A stretch of 64,000 bases of DNA. Source: a virus. The DNA is taken from positions 9,507 to 73,506 of IMG/VR virus record IMGVR_UViG_3300020122_000503; one strand, written 5' to 3'. The notes under the pieces are model-generated. The model ran no database searches, had not been told where the DNA came from, and worked only from the letters and a program-made list of their open reading frames with translations. Shown piece after piece: positions 18,382 to 29,044 of this stretch (its first letter is position 1; every line of letters starts with the position of its first letter). Position numbers and translations under genes: made by a program.

Positions 18382-18698
18382 ACCTAGCCCTGCACCTCAT
18401 CGCTCTCGTCGGCGCGACGCTCATCGTCGTGCGGAGCGCGATTTTCCGTCCGCTGCAAAAGCTCTGGCCTGCGCTTTTTCAGTGCTCCATGTGCGCCGGC
18501 ATGTGGGTAGGTGTGGCGGCGGGAGCGAGCGGCCTCGTGCAATCAGGTCACGGACGAGTACTCGATGCGATCGTCGTAGGCGCGGCTGCGAGCTTCTCGT
18601 CCGTGCTCGCCGACGCGGTGCTTTTGAATCTGCTCGGCGATCCGAATGAGACTCCGAAGGATACCCGCGCAACGACTCCGCCAAAAAAGGATCAGTAA
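18378..18698 (+). CDS. small membrane protein with CxxC motif (DUF1360-like)
   Basis: LFQCSMCAGMWVG between hydrophobic helices. Confidence 0.55.
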   Translation: MNLALHLIALVGATLIVVRSAIFRPLQKLWPALFQCSMCAGMWVGVAAGASGLVQSGHGRVLDAIVVGAAASFSSVLADAVLLNLLGDPNETPKDTRATTPPKKDQ

Positions 18699-18701
18699 CC
18701 C

Positions 18702-18941
18702 ATGCGCCGAAAACTCAAAAATCTGAAGAACAAGAACGGTCATTCGGAAAACGGCGCGCCCCGCCAACTCATCGACGAAACGGTGTACCGAGAACACGCC
18801 AACAATCGAAACGTCTTCTCCAACACCGGCACCGACTCTCCGCATTGGGATCCGCAATACAGCGGATGGTCCAACGCCACTCGCCCGCGCGACCACAACA
18901 TTTTCTTGCGGCCAGTGACGCCGCTAGTAAAGCCAGGATAA
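18702..18941 (+). CDS. hypothetical protein
   Basis: 79-aa ORF in operon. Confidence 0.45.
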   Translation: MRRKLKNLKNKNGHSENGAPRQLIDETVYREHANNRNVFSNTGTDSPHWDPQYSGWSNATRPRDHNIFLRPVTPLVKPG

Positions 18942-18975
18942 CAACCAGATCGATTGACGTCCTAGGAGCGAAAAG

Positions 18976-20166
18976 ATGCCCGGTATCATCGGTTTTGGGA
19001 GAAAAGCGCGCGAGACGTATCCTACCGTTGCGGGCAGATCCGGAACCGGACCGACGGGGCCTTCTGGAACCACAGGCCCCACGGGACCTACCGGCGTAGC
19101 GGGCTCTGCCACTAACACTGGCGCAAGCGGCGCGACTGGGCACACAGGATCAAGCGGACCGACGGGAGCAACGGGCCTTCCCGGATCATCGACGAACACA
19201 GGAGGCACAGGACCGACTGGCAGAACCGGCTCAACAGGACCAACCGGCGCAGCAAGTAACGTCACGGGCCCCACAGGACCCAGCGGATCGACAGGCTCTA
19301 GCGGACCGACGGGACCCGCGGGCGCAGCAAGCACTGTTACGGGCCCCACGGGCGTTGGATCAACAGGAGCCACCGGACCGACAGGAGCGGCGGGAGTCGC
19401 AGGAACAGCAGGCACGGCGAGCACGGGCTCAACGGGATCGACAGGCCCGACAGGAGTCCCTGGATCCGCAACGAACACAGGCGCAACGGGAGATACCGGA
19501 CCAACCGGTGGACAAGGCCAAATAGGACCCACCGGAAGAACAGGACCGACGGGACCTACAGGACCGACCGGGCTCTCGGGAGCTGCAACGAACACCGGAG
19601 CAACGGGATCCACTGGACCCACCGGCATCATCGGTCTGACCGGACCAACCGGCTTGTCGGGTTCTGCAACCAACACAGGATCTACCGGAGGCACGGGGCC
19701 TACAGGACCAACCGGCTTGACAGGCGCTGCTTCCAACACAGGATCCACCGGAGGAACCGGACCCACAGGACCTACAGGTCTTACTGGATCAGCTTCGAAC
19801 ACCGGCGCTACCGGACCAACGGGTCCGAACCCGTTCGCCACGTTCGTCAGATCAAACAAGAACATGGTGGCGAGCGTCACCGTGCTCGACAACGATCTCG
19901 CGTGCATCACACCTGTAGCGACAACGCCTACCATCTCTAGCGCGACAGGCGGTTACGTGGGAGTCGATCGAAACGGCGTCGCTCAAATCGTCGGTGATGG
20001 TACCAAGGTGAACGTCTACTGCTACTTCTCCGGTGATGGTGGAGTAACGCCGAGAGCGATGCCTGACATCGTCGCGGGCGATCTCCTCTACTGGAACGGC
20101 AGCATCGCGGGCTCTCAGCTCACGGTGACCGATCGCCTGAACTTCAACTACAACGTCACGACGTAA
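18976..20166 (+). CDS. collagen-like (Gly-X-Thr) fibre protein
   Basis: Long interrupted GPT/GST/GAT triplet tract followed by a globular C-terminal domain. Confidence 0.85.
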   Translation: MPGIIGFGRKARETYPTVAGRSGTGPTGPSGTTGPTGPTGVAGSATNTGASGATGHTGSSGPTGATGLPGSSTNTGGTGPTGRTGSTGPTGAASNVTGPTGPSGSTGSSGPTGPAGAASTVTGPTGVGSTGATGPTGAAGVAGTAGTASTGSTGSTGPTGVPGSATNTGATGDTGPTGGQGQIGPTGRTGPTGPTGPTGLSGAATNTGATGSTGPTGIIGLTGPTGLSGSATNTGSTGGTGPTGPTGLTGAASNTGSTGGTGPTGPTGLTGSASNTGATGPTGPNPFATFVRSNKNMVASVTVLDNDLACITPVATTPTISSATGGYVGVDRNGVAQIVGDGTKVNVYCYFSGDGGVTPRAMPDIVAGDLLYWNGSIAGSQLTVTDRLNFNYNVTT

Positions 20167-20178
20167 GAGAAAAAGAAC

Positions 20179-21354
20179 ATGGCCGACGGACTAGTCAAAG
20201 TCGCGCAAATGGAGCCGGGTGACACCGGCGACGTCCTCGTGTCAGGTGGCGGTGCCGCAGAATGGCAACCCGGAGTCAACGTCGCTCCTATCGTCTTCGG
20301 TGCAGGCGCGGACGGAGCTCTCGCCGCTGGCTTCGGCGCAATAGTTCTCACTCGAAACACTTACTACTCAAACGTCACTTTCCAAGCCGGCGATTCGATC
20401 AACACGGCCGGTTTCTATCTCGGCATCTCTGGCGTGCTCGACGCTTCCGCGGCCGGCATGGGCGCGACTGACGGCATCTTCTGTCTTGCAGGAAATGGCG
20501 GAGCGGGCGCCGCCGCGACTACAGGCGGAACTGGCGGCGCTATCAACAACAACGCCGGCCAAACAATGAGCGGCGGTATCGCCGGATCGGCTGGAGGCAC
20601 CGGCACCACCACAAACGGAAATCAAGGCGGCGCTGCTTCGAACACCGGTAACTCTGGCGGTGGAGGTGGCGGCACAAGCGGCAAGGGCGGCAACGGTTTG
20701 TCGGGCACAGGAGGCGCCACTCGAGCAGGAGGTACGGCAACTGGCGCAGGCGGCACGAACGTCTACGCCATGCCCATAGGCGCGCTCTACGCCGGTGTTG
20801 GTGCTGCTAACGCCATGATCGCAACCATCGGCGGTGCGGCAGGAGCCGGCGGTGGTGGTGGCGCGGGTGACGGGACCGCAGGCCCTGGCGGAGGTGGCGG
20901 CGGCACAGGAGGAGGCACAGCAATCGTAGCCGCTAGAGAGTTTCGACGAAGCGCCTCCACGCCTGCCAATTTCATCAGATGCCCAGGTGGTAACGGAGGC
21001 GTCGGCGGCACCCCTGCCGGAGGTCAACGAGGTGGTGGCGGCGGAGGATCAGGCGGTGGCGGCGGCGTGCTTGTCTTCATCGCGGGCACCGTCACCGGAA
21101 GCGGCGCAGCAACGAACGTTCTAAGCGCCAACGGCGGCAGCGGCGGTAACGGCGGAGATGGCACTGGCGCTGCCGGCATCGGCGGCAACGGCGGCAACGG
21201 CGGAACTTCCGGCCAATGCATTTACTACAACATGCAGACAGGCTTCTTCGCCGCACAAGGCCCAAAGAACAATCCGGCAAGCGGACCCACCAATGGATCC
21301 GGCAACACCCACGGTACAGGTGGGCCCGGAGGCCTCGCCCAAATCACGGTGTGA
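20179..21354 (+). CDS. glycine-rich putative fibre protein
   Basis: FGAGADG start of a Gly-rich domain; [11 protein letters not shown] tracts; paralogous to the C-terminus of 22251-24248. Confidence 0.75.
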   Translation: MADGLVKVAQMEPGDTGDVLVSGGGAAEWQPGVNVAPIVFGAGADGALAAGFGAIVLTRNTYYSNVTFQAGDSINTAGFYLGISGVLDASAAGMGATDGIFCLAGNGGAGAAATTGGTGGAINNNAGQTMSGGIAGSAGGTGTTTNGNQGGAASNTGNSGGGGGGTSGKGGNGLSGTGGATRAGGTATGAGGTNVYAMPIGALYAGVGAANAMIATIGGAAGAGGGGGAGDGTAGPGGGGGGTGGGTAIVAAREFRRSASTPANFIRCPGGNGGVGGTPAGGQRGGGGGGSGGGGGVLVFIAGTVTGSGAATNVLSANGGSGGNGGDGTGAAGIGGNGGNGGTSGQCIYYNMQTGFFAAQGPKNNPASGPTNGSGNTHGTGGPGGLAQITV

Positions 21355-21357
21355 GGC

Positions 21358-22254
21358 ATGCAGGTAGGCCCCTTCCCTTGGCTAGGCACGCCGACCGTAC
21401 CCCCCTTGAAGGGTTGCGTAATTCAGACGTTCCCAGGGCCTTACACCGTGGGCGCGCAAACGTTCACGCCTCCGGAGCTTTCAGATCCCGTGTCGGCCAC
21501 CTCCATGGCGGCTCTCGGCGCCGCGTGGTTTCTAAATTACCTGCCGAGCTCGTCGATACGAACGACCATCCCGTTCGTTCCGATGATTTTCTCTCCTTCT
21601 TACAAGAGCGCTCAGAACCTTCTAGTCGCTTCCAGATACAAAGTCATTCTCGGGTACAACGAACCGGACAACGGACCGCCTCAAGCGAACACGACGGTCG
21701 CCCAGGCCTTATCCGACTGGGCGGACTTCGAAGCCGCAGCCGACGCTATTCCGGGTTGTCGATTGGGCGCTCCTGTGATGGCGGTCAACTCCGACACACC
21801 GGGCAGTTGGCGTTACGATTTCATGAACGGAATCGTTCCGGCAACCGGTAAGCCTCCGAGAGTGGATTTCGTACCCATCCACTTCTACACAAATCAATTC
21901 ACTAACCCTGCTGCTTCCGCGGCAACGCTCCGAAGCATCATCGTTCAAGTCCACGCGGCTTACCAAAAACCTGTGTGGATAACAGAGCTCGGTGCGACCA
22001 AGTTCACCGGATCCGTACCGACTCAGGAGTATCCGACTAGCACTGCCGAGACTTCTGCGATCATACAAGCCTTCATGACCACCATACTTGCCGCTAATCT
22101 CGTCGTTGAACGAGTGTCGTGGTATCCGTACGTGGTCCCCGCCGGCTTTCCTCCGGGAGGCGCAGGGAACGTTGCAAACGTCGGTCTCGCTGATCTCACG
22201 GGAGCTCTCACGGCACCCGGCATCACCTTTAGAGATTCAGGTAACGTCGGATGA
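21358..22254 (+). CDS. glycoside hydrolase, GH128-like (clan GH-A)
   Basis: LGYNEPD acid/base and PVWITELG nucleophile motifs; DFVPIHFY. Confidence 0.8.
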   Translation: MQVGPFPWLGTPTVPPLKGCVIQTFPGPYTVGAQTFTPPELSDPVSATSMAALGAAWFLNYLPSSSIRTTIPFVPMIFSPSYKSAQNLLVASRYKVILGYNEPDNGPPQANTTVAQALSDWADFEAAADAIPGCRLGAPVMAVNSDTPGSWRYDFMNGIVPATGKPPRVDFVPIHFYTNQFTNPAASAATLRSIIVQVHAAYQKPVWITELGATKFTGSVPTQEYPTSTAETSAIIQAFMTTILAANLVVERVSWYPYVVPAGFPPGGAGNVANVGLADLTGALTAPGITFRDSGNVG

Positions 22255-24248
22255 TCGGAAACATTTGTGGAGGCTCAACCGGACCGACAGGCCCTTCTAG
22301 TGGTCTGACGGGACCAACGGGCCCAAGCGGCTCCACAGGACCTACCGGGACCCCCGGTAGCGCCGTCAACACCGGAACCACGGGATCGACAGGACCCACC
22401 GGAATAGCGGGGCCTACAGGATCGACAGGACCTACCGGAATAACAGGGCCCACAGGATCGACAGGGCCCACGGGAATAACGGGACCTACGGGCTTATCAG
22501 GCGGCTCGACGGGCACAGGCGCTACAGGGCCAACCGGTCCTTCCGGAGGCCCTATTGGTCCTACTGGACCGACCGGTAACACAGGCCCAACAGGAGCAGA
22601 CGGAGCCCCGTCAACAGTAACAGGACCGACAGGCAACACGGGATCGACTGGACCAACAGGAGCAGCAAGCACTGTCACAGGTCCAACAGGATCAACGGGC
22701 AACACCGGAGCAACCGGCAACACCGGATCAGTCGGAGCGACGGGAGCACAAGGGCCAACCGGCAACACAGGAAGCACCGGATCGACGGGACCAACCGGAT
22801 CAGTCGGATCGACCGGTAACACCGGATCGACAGGCAACACAGGATCGACGGGGCCAACTGGATCAGTCGGGCCGACTGGCAGCACTAGCAGCACAGGCAA
22901 CACCGGATCAACAGGTAACACTGGCCCGACCGGCAACACCGGAGCCGCGGGCGCGCAAGGTCCAACGGGATCAACAGGAAACACAGGCAGCACCGGATCG
23001 ACGGGCAACACAGGGCCCACCGGATCCACCGGAAACACCGGATCGACCGGACCAACTGGAAACACCGGATCGACGGGCAACACCGGTAGCACCGGATCAA
23101 CCGGGCCGACCGGACCAACCGGATCAACTGGAAGCAGCGTCACAGGCCCGACCGGGTCTTCGAGCCTCGCCGAAAACGCGATGGTGTTTGCGCTCTTCGG
23201 TGACGGATCAGACGGCGGTCTCACAGCGTCGAGCGGTACGACAACGCTCACGAAAGACACGAACTACTCGTCGATCACGCTTTCCGGCACAGCCAAAATC
23301 GATTGTGCGGGCTATGTGCTCCGATGCTCCGGCACGTGCGATCTCACGAACATGCCCGCTGGAACAATTTTTCGTTCCGTGGTCGCAGGAGGAAACGGCG
23401 CCGCGGGCGGTGGCGCAGGAAGCGCAGGTACGATCACAGGCAACACCGCCGGCACGACGATCGGCGCGACTGCCACTGCGGGAACTGCTGGCGGCGCGGG
23501 AGGTACCGCAGGCGGCTCACAAGCCGCAGCGCCCAGCGCCACATCGTACTCATCAGGCGGCTCAACCGCGACAAGCGGCGCGGGCGGTTCCGGAAATAAC
23601 GGCGCCAACGCAGGCGGTCTAACTCGTGCCGGCATCACCGTCACTCGCGTAGGCGCATCGCTGATCCATTCGTTGCTGTTTGCCTCAGCCTTTTCAGCGT
23701 CCGGGTACATCACTGCGACAGGCTCTGCTAACGAGTTCTACGGCGGAGCAGGCGGCCCCGGAGGCGGCGGCGGAGGTGGCGACGGCTCTGCCGGAGGCGG
23801 AGGCGGAGGCGGAGGCGCGGGAGCGCTCGGAATTTATTTTGCAGCACGAACTTTGGTAGTTACCGGCGCCGCTGCTGGAGTCATTCAAGCTAAAGGTGGC
23901 GCTGGCGGTAACGGCGGCACCCCTGCTGCCGGCAACAGAGGCGGCGGTGGCGGTGGCAGCGGTGGCGGTGGCGGTTTCGTGTGTTGCATCTTTGGAACGG
24001 TTACGGGAACCGTCACCGGAGGCGTGTCGACCGACGGCGGCGACGGCGGCAACGGTGGAAACGCAACAGGCAACGGAGTCGGCGGCAACGGCGGCGGCGG
24101 AGCTGCCGGCGGTCACGTCTACGTCGCGAACCTAAGCGCAAACACTCAATCAACCGCAACGGGAACTACAGGTACTGCGGGCGGTGCGGCATCCGGAACC
24201 ACCGGAGGCACCGGTCAAACAGGCGAACAGATCCGAGTGAATCTGTAG
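22251..24248 (+). CDS. collagen-like plus glycine-rich fibre protein
   Basis: About 300 aa of Gly-X-Thr repeats, then FGDGSDG and a Gly-rich domain. Confidence 0.85.
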   Translation: MIGNICGGSTGPTGPSSGLTGPTGPSGSTGPTGTPGSAVNTGTTGSTGPTGIAGPTGSTGPTGITGPTGSTGPTGITGPTGLSGGSTGTGATGPTGPSGGPIGPTGPTGNTGPTGADGAPSTVTGPTGNTGSTGPTGAASTVTGPTGSTGNTGATGNTGSVGATGAQGPTGNTGSTGSTGPTGSVGSTGNTGSTGNTGSTGPTGSVGPTGSTSSTGNTGSTGNTGPTGNTGAAGAQGPTGSTGNTGSTGSTGNTGPTGSTGNTGSTGPTGNTGSTGNTGSTGSTGPTGPTGSTGSSVTGPTGSSSLAENAMVFALFGDGSDGGLTASSGTTTLTKDTNYSSITLSGTAKIDCAGYVLRCSGTCDLTNMPAGTIFRSVVAGGNGAAGGGAGSAGTITGNTAGTTIGATATAGTAGGAGGTAGGSQAAAPSATSYSSGGSTATSGAGGSGNNGANAGGLTRAGITVTRVGASLIHSLLFASAFSASGYITATGSANEFYGGAGGPGGGGGGGDGSAGGGGGGGGAGALGIYFAARTLVVTGAAAGVIQAKGGAGGNGGTPAAGNRGGGGGGSGGGGGFVCCIFGTVTGTVTGGVSTDGGDGGNGGNATGNGVGGNGGGGAAGGHVYVANLSANTQSTATGTTGTAGGAASGTTGGTGQTGEQIRVNL

Positions 24249-24255
24249 CCTCAAG

Positions 24256-26382
24256 CTACTTCATCCACCTGATCTTTTTCGGATCGATCTCACACCAGTG
24301 CGACTCGCGCTCTTCGGCGCCGTAGGTGATGATCAGGTTCTCGCCATATAACACGGCACCGGCTGCGTACTCGACGCCCTGGTGGTGAAACGTAAAAGCG
24401 CGAGATACGCGCGTCGGGAGCATCGTCGTTCCGTCTAGCTCAATAAACCTGTGTAAGTAGACGTTGTCGTTCTCGCGATGAGCAACCTCATGGATCGACA
24501 TGAGCCAGGTTCCATCCGGCATCGCCACCGGCGCCGTGCCGCCCCTGTAACGTGCCATCCGAAAGGGCATCGTCTCTTTGACTTTCACCCGCCACCGCTT
24601 CATCGAGCTCGCATCCACCTCGAGCACGGTGAAAGGCTCGTAGCCGTAGATGAGAAATAACCTCCCCCCGAGCGACCAAGGAAGCCAATTCTTCTCGTAC
24701 TCTTGCGTCCCTTCATATTCGATCTCGTCAATGTAACCAAGCGAGAGATCTTCTTTTAGCGATCCGATCACGACGCGCGACTTGTCGCCGCCGGACGGCG
24801 TCTGACACGTCGTTGCTGTGAACCAAACCTTGCCCTCGTGCACGTGCCAGCGTTGATCTTCGAGCCCCCAGATGCCGGGAGATCCATCACCACGCTTCAT
24901 GTTCCTAGGCCAGTCTGACGGACAGCGCGCGTTCGAGAGACGCCATTCGACTTCTTCTATGCCGTCCGGTGACCATCGCCCCCAGACGTTCTCGGTCCGG
25001 ATAACTTGATCCTTGTGCCTCGCGACGAACCAACGCCCGCGCTCGTGGTCGTAGTTCACGAGACGGACGTTGACGAAAAGCTCATCGCCCACTCGGACGA
25101 TGGTGGGCGACGACGTGAGGTATTCGACGAATTGACCGCTCTTAGCCGGAACGTTGCTGCCACTCTCGTCAAACGTCCGAAGCTCTTTCGGCACATCAAA
25201 TCGTCCGCGCCGAACGACGGCTCCGTACTCTTGCGGCAAATAGAAGAGAAGATTCCGAGCGGAGTTCTCGTAACTCGTCCAAGATAGTCGATTCGTTCGA
25301 AGTATGCTCTCACAGGCTTCGTGCCCCTCGTCCGTTCTGCCTAGGTAGTAGGCCGTGATGCTGACTTCCTCGATAGCTTGAGCACGGATGCTCTCTTCAA
25401 CGAAGAGATCCTGGGCCGTCGTCTCGCCGAGCGTCTCGATCGCCGTCTTGGCAAACCCGTAAGCGGCTCGGTTCTTACCGAGCCCTCGAAGGTGCCGCGC
25501 AACCTCGACGAACGGTTCGCCGCGCGTTCCGCTCTTTTCAGCAGCGTCGATCAAGCGCATGAGACCCTCTTCGGGTTTACCAACCCCCATCAGAGATTTC
25601 CCGAGCATGAGCTCGGCGTACCACCGCTCGCCTTCCCATCCGCCGGCAGCTTGACGCATGTCGAAGTACTTGACGGCCATGTAGTAGTAAGTCTGCGCGA
25701 GGTAATACATCGCGCGCACGTTCATCGGATCTTCCGCGAGCCGACGTCGAAGCAGTCGCGCATCCCGTTCATACTTGTCGCCCTTGCTCCCGCCGTCGTC
25801 ACGATCGTCGATCCAGAGCGAGAAGAGCTCGGACGCTGGCGCACGATCCGGATTCGGCGCCCAGTACTCGTGCGTGGGCTCGCACGAGACCCAGTTGAAG
25901 TCCATACGCCCGAGCCGTGTGTTCGGGTAAGCAAGCGCGCCTTGCTTTTGGATGAGCCGGTAGTGCGCGTCCCTGAGCATCGATTTCTCGAACGTTTTCT
26001 CGGCGACGAGCACCATGTCGGCATCGAGAAAAAGTAAGTAGGTGTTCTCAGGCTCCCACTCTTTTTGCCCGTGCACCCAAACCTTTGCCGCTTTCGACGC
26101 CCACGTACGCGCTGTGCCGAAGTCGAACTCGTCGTAAGGCCAACGAAATACCTTCTTCCCGTTCTTCTTTGCCGGCGGACACATTCCGCGTTCGATGAAG
26201 AAAGGTTTCTTAGCTGCCTTCGTCGCTTCCTCGATGATTTTCGTCGTTCCGTCGGAGCTCCCAGTGTCCGAAACGACGACGGCGTCGACGAACGGCAGCG
26301 CCGATTCGAGACAGCGGCCAATGACCTTCGCCTCGTTCTTCACAATCATGTTAAGGACGATGCGCGGGGCTTCCTCTTTCAC
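24256..26382 (-). CDS. GT2 glycosyltransferase with TPR repeats and C-terminal beta-propeller-like domain
   Basis: LNMIVKNEAKVIGRCLES...DTGSSD, FLDADM (DxD), YYLAQTY TPR, EKNWLP; GTG start overlapping the upstream stop. Confidence 0.85.
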   Translation of the reverse strand: MKEEAPRIVLNMIVKNEAKVIGRCLESALPFVDAVVVSDTGSSDGTTKIIEEATKAAKKPFFIERGMCPPAKKNGKKVFRWPYDEFDFGTARTWASKAAKVWVHGQKEWEPENTYLLFLDADMVLVAEKTFEKSMLRDAHYRLIQKQGALAYPNTRLGRMDFNWVSCEPTHEYWAPNPDRAPASELFSLWIDDRDDGGSKGDKYERDARLLRRRLAEDPMNVRAMYYLAQTYYYMAVKYFDMRQAAGGWEGERWYAELMLGKSLMGVGKPEEGLMRLIDAAEKSGTRGEPFVEVARHLRGLGKNRAAYGFAKTAIETLGETTAQDLFVEESIRAQAIEEVSITAYYLGRTDEGHEACESILRTNRLSWTSYENSARNLLFYLPQEYGAVVRRGRFDVPKELRTFDESGSNVPAKSGQFVEYLTSSPTIVRVGDELFVNVRLVNYDHERGRWFVARHKDQVIRTENVWGRWSPDGIEEVEWRLSNARCPSDWPRNMKRGDGSPGIWGLEDQRWHVHEGKVWFTATTCQTPSGGDKSRVVIGSLKEDLSLGYIDEIEYEGTQEYEKNWLPWSLGGRLFLIYGYEPFTVLEVDASSMKRWRVKVKETMPFRMARYRGGTAPVAMPDGTWLMSIHEVAHRENDNVYLHRFIELDGTTMLPTRVSRAFTFHHQGVEYAAGAVLYGENLIITYGAEERESHWCEIDPKKIRWMK

Positions 26383-27638
26383 AGCGTAAAGCCTCGCTCG
26401 AAGTCTTCGACCGAAACGAGCCCAAGAAGCTCCGACCGACGTGCGACGAGATCTTGCCAGGTGAGATCGAAGAAACCGGGGGGCGGCTCCTTTGGCAAAT
26501 AGGCACCGCTCTGCACCGGCAAAACGGCGCAACCGTAGTCGTTGTCGACTGTAATCACACGCGGCCACATCGACCGGATCGCGGCCACGGCCTTCCAAAC
26601 GTCTCCCGTCCAGATGCTTTGCATCATGGGGACGATCTGCATCGCCTCTTCGGAAGGATTTGCGTCGTGAAGAACAATGACGCCTCCAGGAACGAGCACA
26701 CTGAGCGCGCGGCGCACTTCTTCGTAAACGACAGCCGCTCGGTGATCGGAGTCGATAAAGATCAAATCGAAACCCGGTTGCGGGTAGATCCCCAGGTCGA
26801 AAAAGTCCGAGCTCTTCATCGAGATGAACACGTTCGTGTGTTTCGCTGCCGCCCACTGCGGCGCGGGATCCACGCCCCACTTGGCTGGAACGTTGACTCT
26901 CGCAAGGCACTCGCCGTTCGCGCAACCGATTTCTAGGTAACGCTTGGCGCTCTGCTTGCTGGCGATTCGATTCAAAATATCCCAACGCATGACTGGACCT
27001 CGTAGTGAGCCGCCGTTGAACGGCTCGGTAAATGTTTCCGCACCAGGGGGGCCGCCCCACTTCCGGCAAAAGTAGTCGAGGTTTCGCTCCAACCAAGCGT
27101 GCTCTGGATTCGAGCCAATCGCACGACTCGTCGACCAGCTAAGGTGCTCGACCTTGGAAGAGATTTCGACTCGAGCGACTCCGGCTCGCTTGAGCCGCAC
27201 GTCGTAATCACAGTCTTCGTAGTAGGCCGGGAAAAATTCCTCGTCGTAGAAGCCCACCTTCTCCGTACAGAGCGGAGTTTGACCAAAGAGCGCCCAACCG
27301 AGACCGTTGACGACACCGAAGTCGCCCGTACCGAGGAGCCTCACGATCTCTTCGAACGCGCCTGGGCTCAGCACGACGTCATCGTTCGAGATGACGACAG
27401 CCTCACCTCGCTCGTACGCGTATCTCAAGATCCTGTTCCAGCTCGCGGCTACGCCGATGTTTCGCCCCGGGCGCTGGATCAATAACTTCTCCGGAAGTCG
27501 ACCGTCCTTGAGCGGAAGGTATTCGCCGCCGTTGTCGATGATGAAATACTCGGTCGGGCGCACCGTGCCCTGCTCGGCGGAAGCGATGAGCTTCTCGAGC
27601 AGATCGTACCTGTTGAGCGTCGGGATACCCAGGATCAT
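26379..27638 (-). CDS. GT2 glycosyltransferase fused to class I methyltransferase
   Basis: GVAASWN, SNDD, AYYEDCDY, then YLEIGC...DLIFIDSDH...GGVIVLHD. Confidence 0.85.
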   Translation of the reverse strand: MILGIPTLNRYDLLEKLIASAEQGTVRPTEYFIIDNGGEYLPLKDGRLPEKLLIQRPGRNIGVAASWNRILRYAYERGEAVVISNDDVVLSPGAFEEIVRLLGTGDFGVVNGLGWALFGQTPLCTEKVGFYDEEFFPAYYEDCDYDVRLKRAGVARVEISSKVEHLSWSTSRAIGSNPEHAWLERNLDYFCRKWGGPPGAETFTEPFNGGSLRGPVMRWDILNRIASKQSAKRYLEIGCANGECLARVNVPAKWGVDPAPQWAAAKHTNVFISMKSSDFFDLGIYPQPGFDLIFIDSDHRAAVVYEEVRRALSVLVPGGVIVLHDANPSEEAMQIVPMMQSIWTGDVWKAVAAIRSMWPRVITVDNDYGCAVLPVQSGAYLPKEPPPGFFDLTWQDLVARRSELLGLVSVEDFERGFTL

Positions 27639-28225
27639 CAGAGCTTCCGAAGAGCGAGCGCATTGATACGCCGATGCACGACTTCGAAACGGTTTCCGGC
27701 GACCGAGCTCCATTCAGAAAACATCGGACTCCCTAGACCAATGTCCTCGATCACGTAGAACCCGCCCTGGACGACCTTGTCCTGAAAATTCACGAGCGTC
27801 GCAAGTTGCGCTTGCCAAGCGTGCAGACCGTCATCGATGACAAGATCGAATGCTCGCTCCCTGAAAGCGAAGAAGAGCGCAACGGCCATCCCGTCGGTTG
27901 AATCGCAAATCCCGGTCTCGATCCTGTCTTCTTGAAACTGCGTGTCCGGTTGAACGTCCAGCCCGAGCACGGTGGCCTTGCGGCAAAAGTCACGAAACGC
28001 TCGAAGACTCCCGCCGGGGCGGTACCCGGGGTCGCAGTACGACACCATCGAGCTCGGAGCGCCAGGTATGAGCGTGCCGATCCCGATCTCGCAAATGCGC
28101 GCCGGTCGGTCTCGCATCGAGGCGAGAATGTCTTCGTACATCCCGACGTACTCGTTCCGAACTTTGTCGGTACCGTACTTCGTAAAAAGCAAAGACAAGG
28201 CGGTCGTAGGCTCAGCCAAGGTCAT
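27638..28225 (-). CDS. class I SAM-dependent (sugar O-)methyltransferase
   Basis: YGTDK, EIGIG, DLVIDDGLH and GGFYVIED motifs. Confidence 0.8.
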   Translation of the reverse strand: MTLAEPTTALSLLFTKYGTDKVRNEYVGMYEDILASMRDRPARICEIGIGTLIPGAPSSMVSYCDPGYRPGGSLRAFRDFCRKATVLGLDVQPDTQFQEDRIETGICDSTDGMAVALFFAFRERAFDLVIDDGLHAWQAQLATLVNFQDKVVQGGFYVIEDIGLGSPMFSEWSSVAGNRFEVVHRRINALALRKL

Positions 28226-28407
28226 GGCTCACGTTCTCCAATCCAGCTTCGGATCGCGTCGGCAACACCTTCGGCGAGTGACTTTCGTCCCTCCACGCAG
28301 CGCATTCGAAGCTTGGTCGCGAGATCGGCAGGGATCCGAACGTGAATGCGCTCTAGCCCCTCGTCCGCGGGTGGCGGCTTCTTCTGCTCTTTGCGACGCG
28401 ACGCCAT
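28222..28407 (-). CDS. ribbon-helix-helix-like small regulator
   Basis: ERIHVRIPADLATKLRMRC...SLAEGVADAIRSWI; start codon approximate. Confidence 0.5.
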   Translation of the reverse strand: MASRRKEQKKPPPADEGLERIHVRIPADLATKLRMRCVEGRKSLAEGVADAIRSWIGEREP

Positions 28408-28504
28408 CGTGCCTCTGGCACTATGGCACAAAGACGCCAGCGCCAGCAACACCTGTAAGATCAGCGATATCGCAGGTTTTTCACGGTCGAGTATACTCGA
28501 AGAT

Positions 28505-29044
28505 GTGAAACGCCCATGGAAAGCCGTCGCAATCGGTAGCGCTGTGCTCGGGGCGATCGGGATCGGAGTGCTCGCAAGACGAAAGCCCGCGCCGCCTAAG
28601 CGCGTGGCACTCATCGGCGACTCCTACGCTGTCGGGCTCGGGCCCGAGCTCGACAAGCTCATTCCCGACTTTCGCGCAGAGGGGCACGTGGGCACGACCA
28701 CCTGGCAGTGGGCTAACCACAACGACGAGTGCGGCACGTGCGGCGACTGGCTCACGGCGTTCAAGCCAAACATCGTCCTAGTGAGCCTTGGCGTGAACGA
28801 CGGAACAGCGCCGAACCTAGGGCACTACCAAACCATCGTGCGCGGGCTTCAAGGGATCGGCGCGCGTGTCATATGGATCGAGCCGCCAGCAGCGGTGAGC
28901 GCTCCTGCCGCGCGCAGAGCCATCGCCTCGCTCGGCGTACAAACGGTGCCGGCGACGACGACCCCGCTCGCGTCCGACGGACTACACCCGAAAAGCTACG
29001 GGCCATGGAGCCAGGAAATAGCCGGTGTGGTGCGCAATGCCTGA
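28505..29044 (+). CDS. SGNH/GDSL hydrolase with N-terminal membrane anchor
   Basis: IGDSY, LGVND and DGLHP catalytic blocks. Confidence 0.85.
   Translation: MKRPWKAVAIGSAVLGAIGIGVLARRKPAPPKRVALIGDSYAVGLGPELDKLIPDFRAEGHVGTTTWQWANHNDECGTCGDWLTAFKPNIVLVSLGVNDGTAPNLGHYQTIVRGLQGIGARVIWIEPPAAVSAPAARRAIASLGVQTVPATTTPLASDGLHPKSYGPWSQEIAGVVRNA

Noticed and set aside
18976-23160. Collagen-region DNA repeats as a non-coding array
   Set aside because: The periodicity is 9 nt with synonymous variation, fully explained by Gly-X-Thr coding.
26383-27096. N-terminal extension of the 946-aa ORF and similar long extensions (36478, 56136, 52500, 28346)
   Set aside because: They overlap better-supported neighbouring genes; downstream starts at stop/start overlaps fit better.
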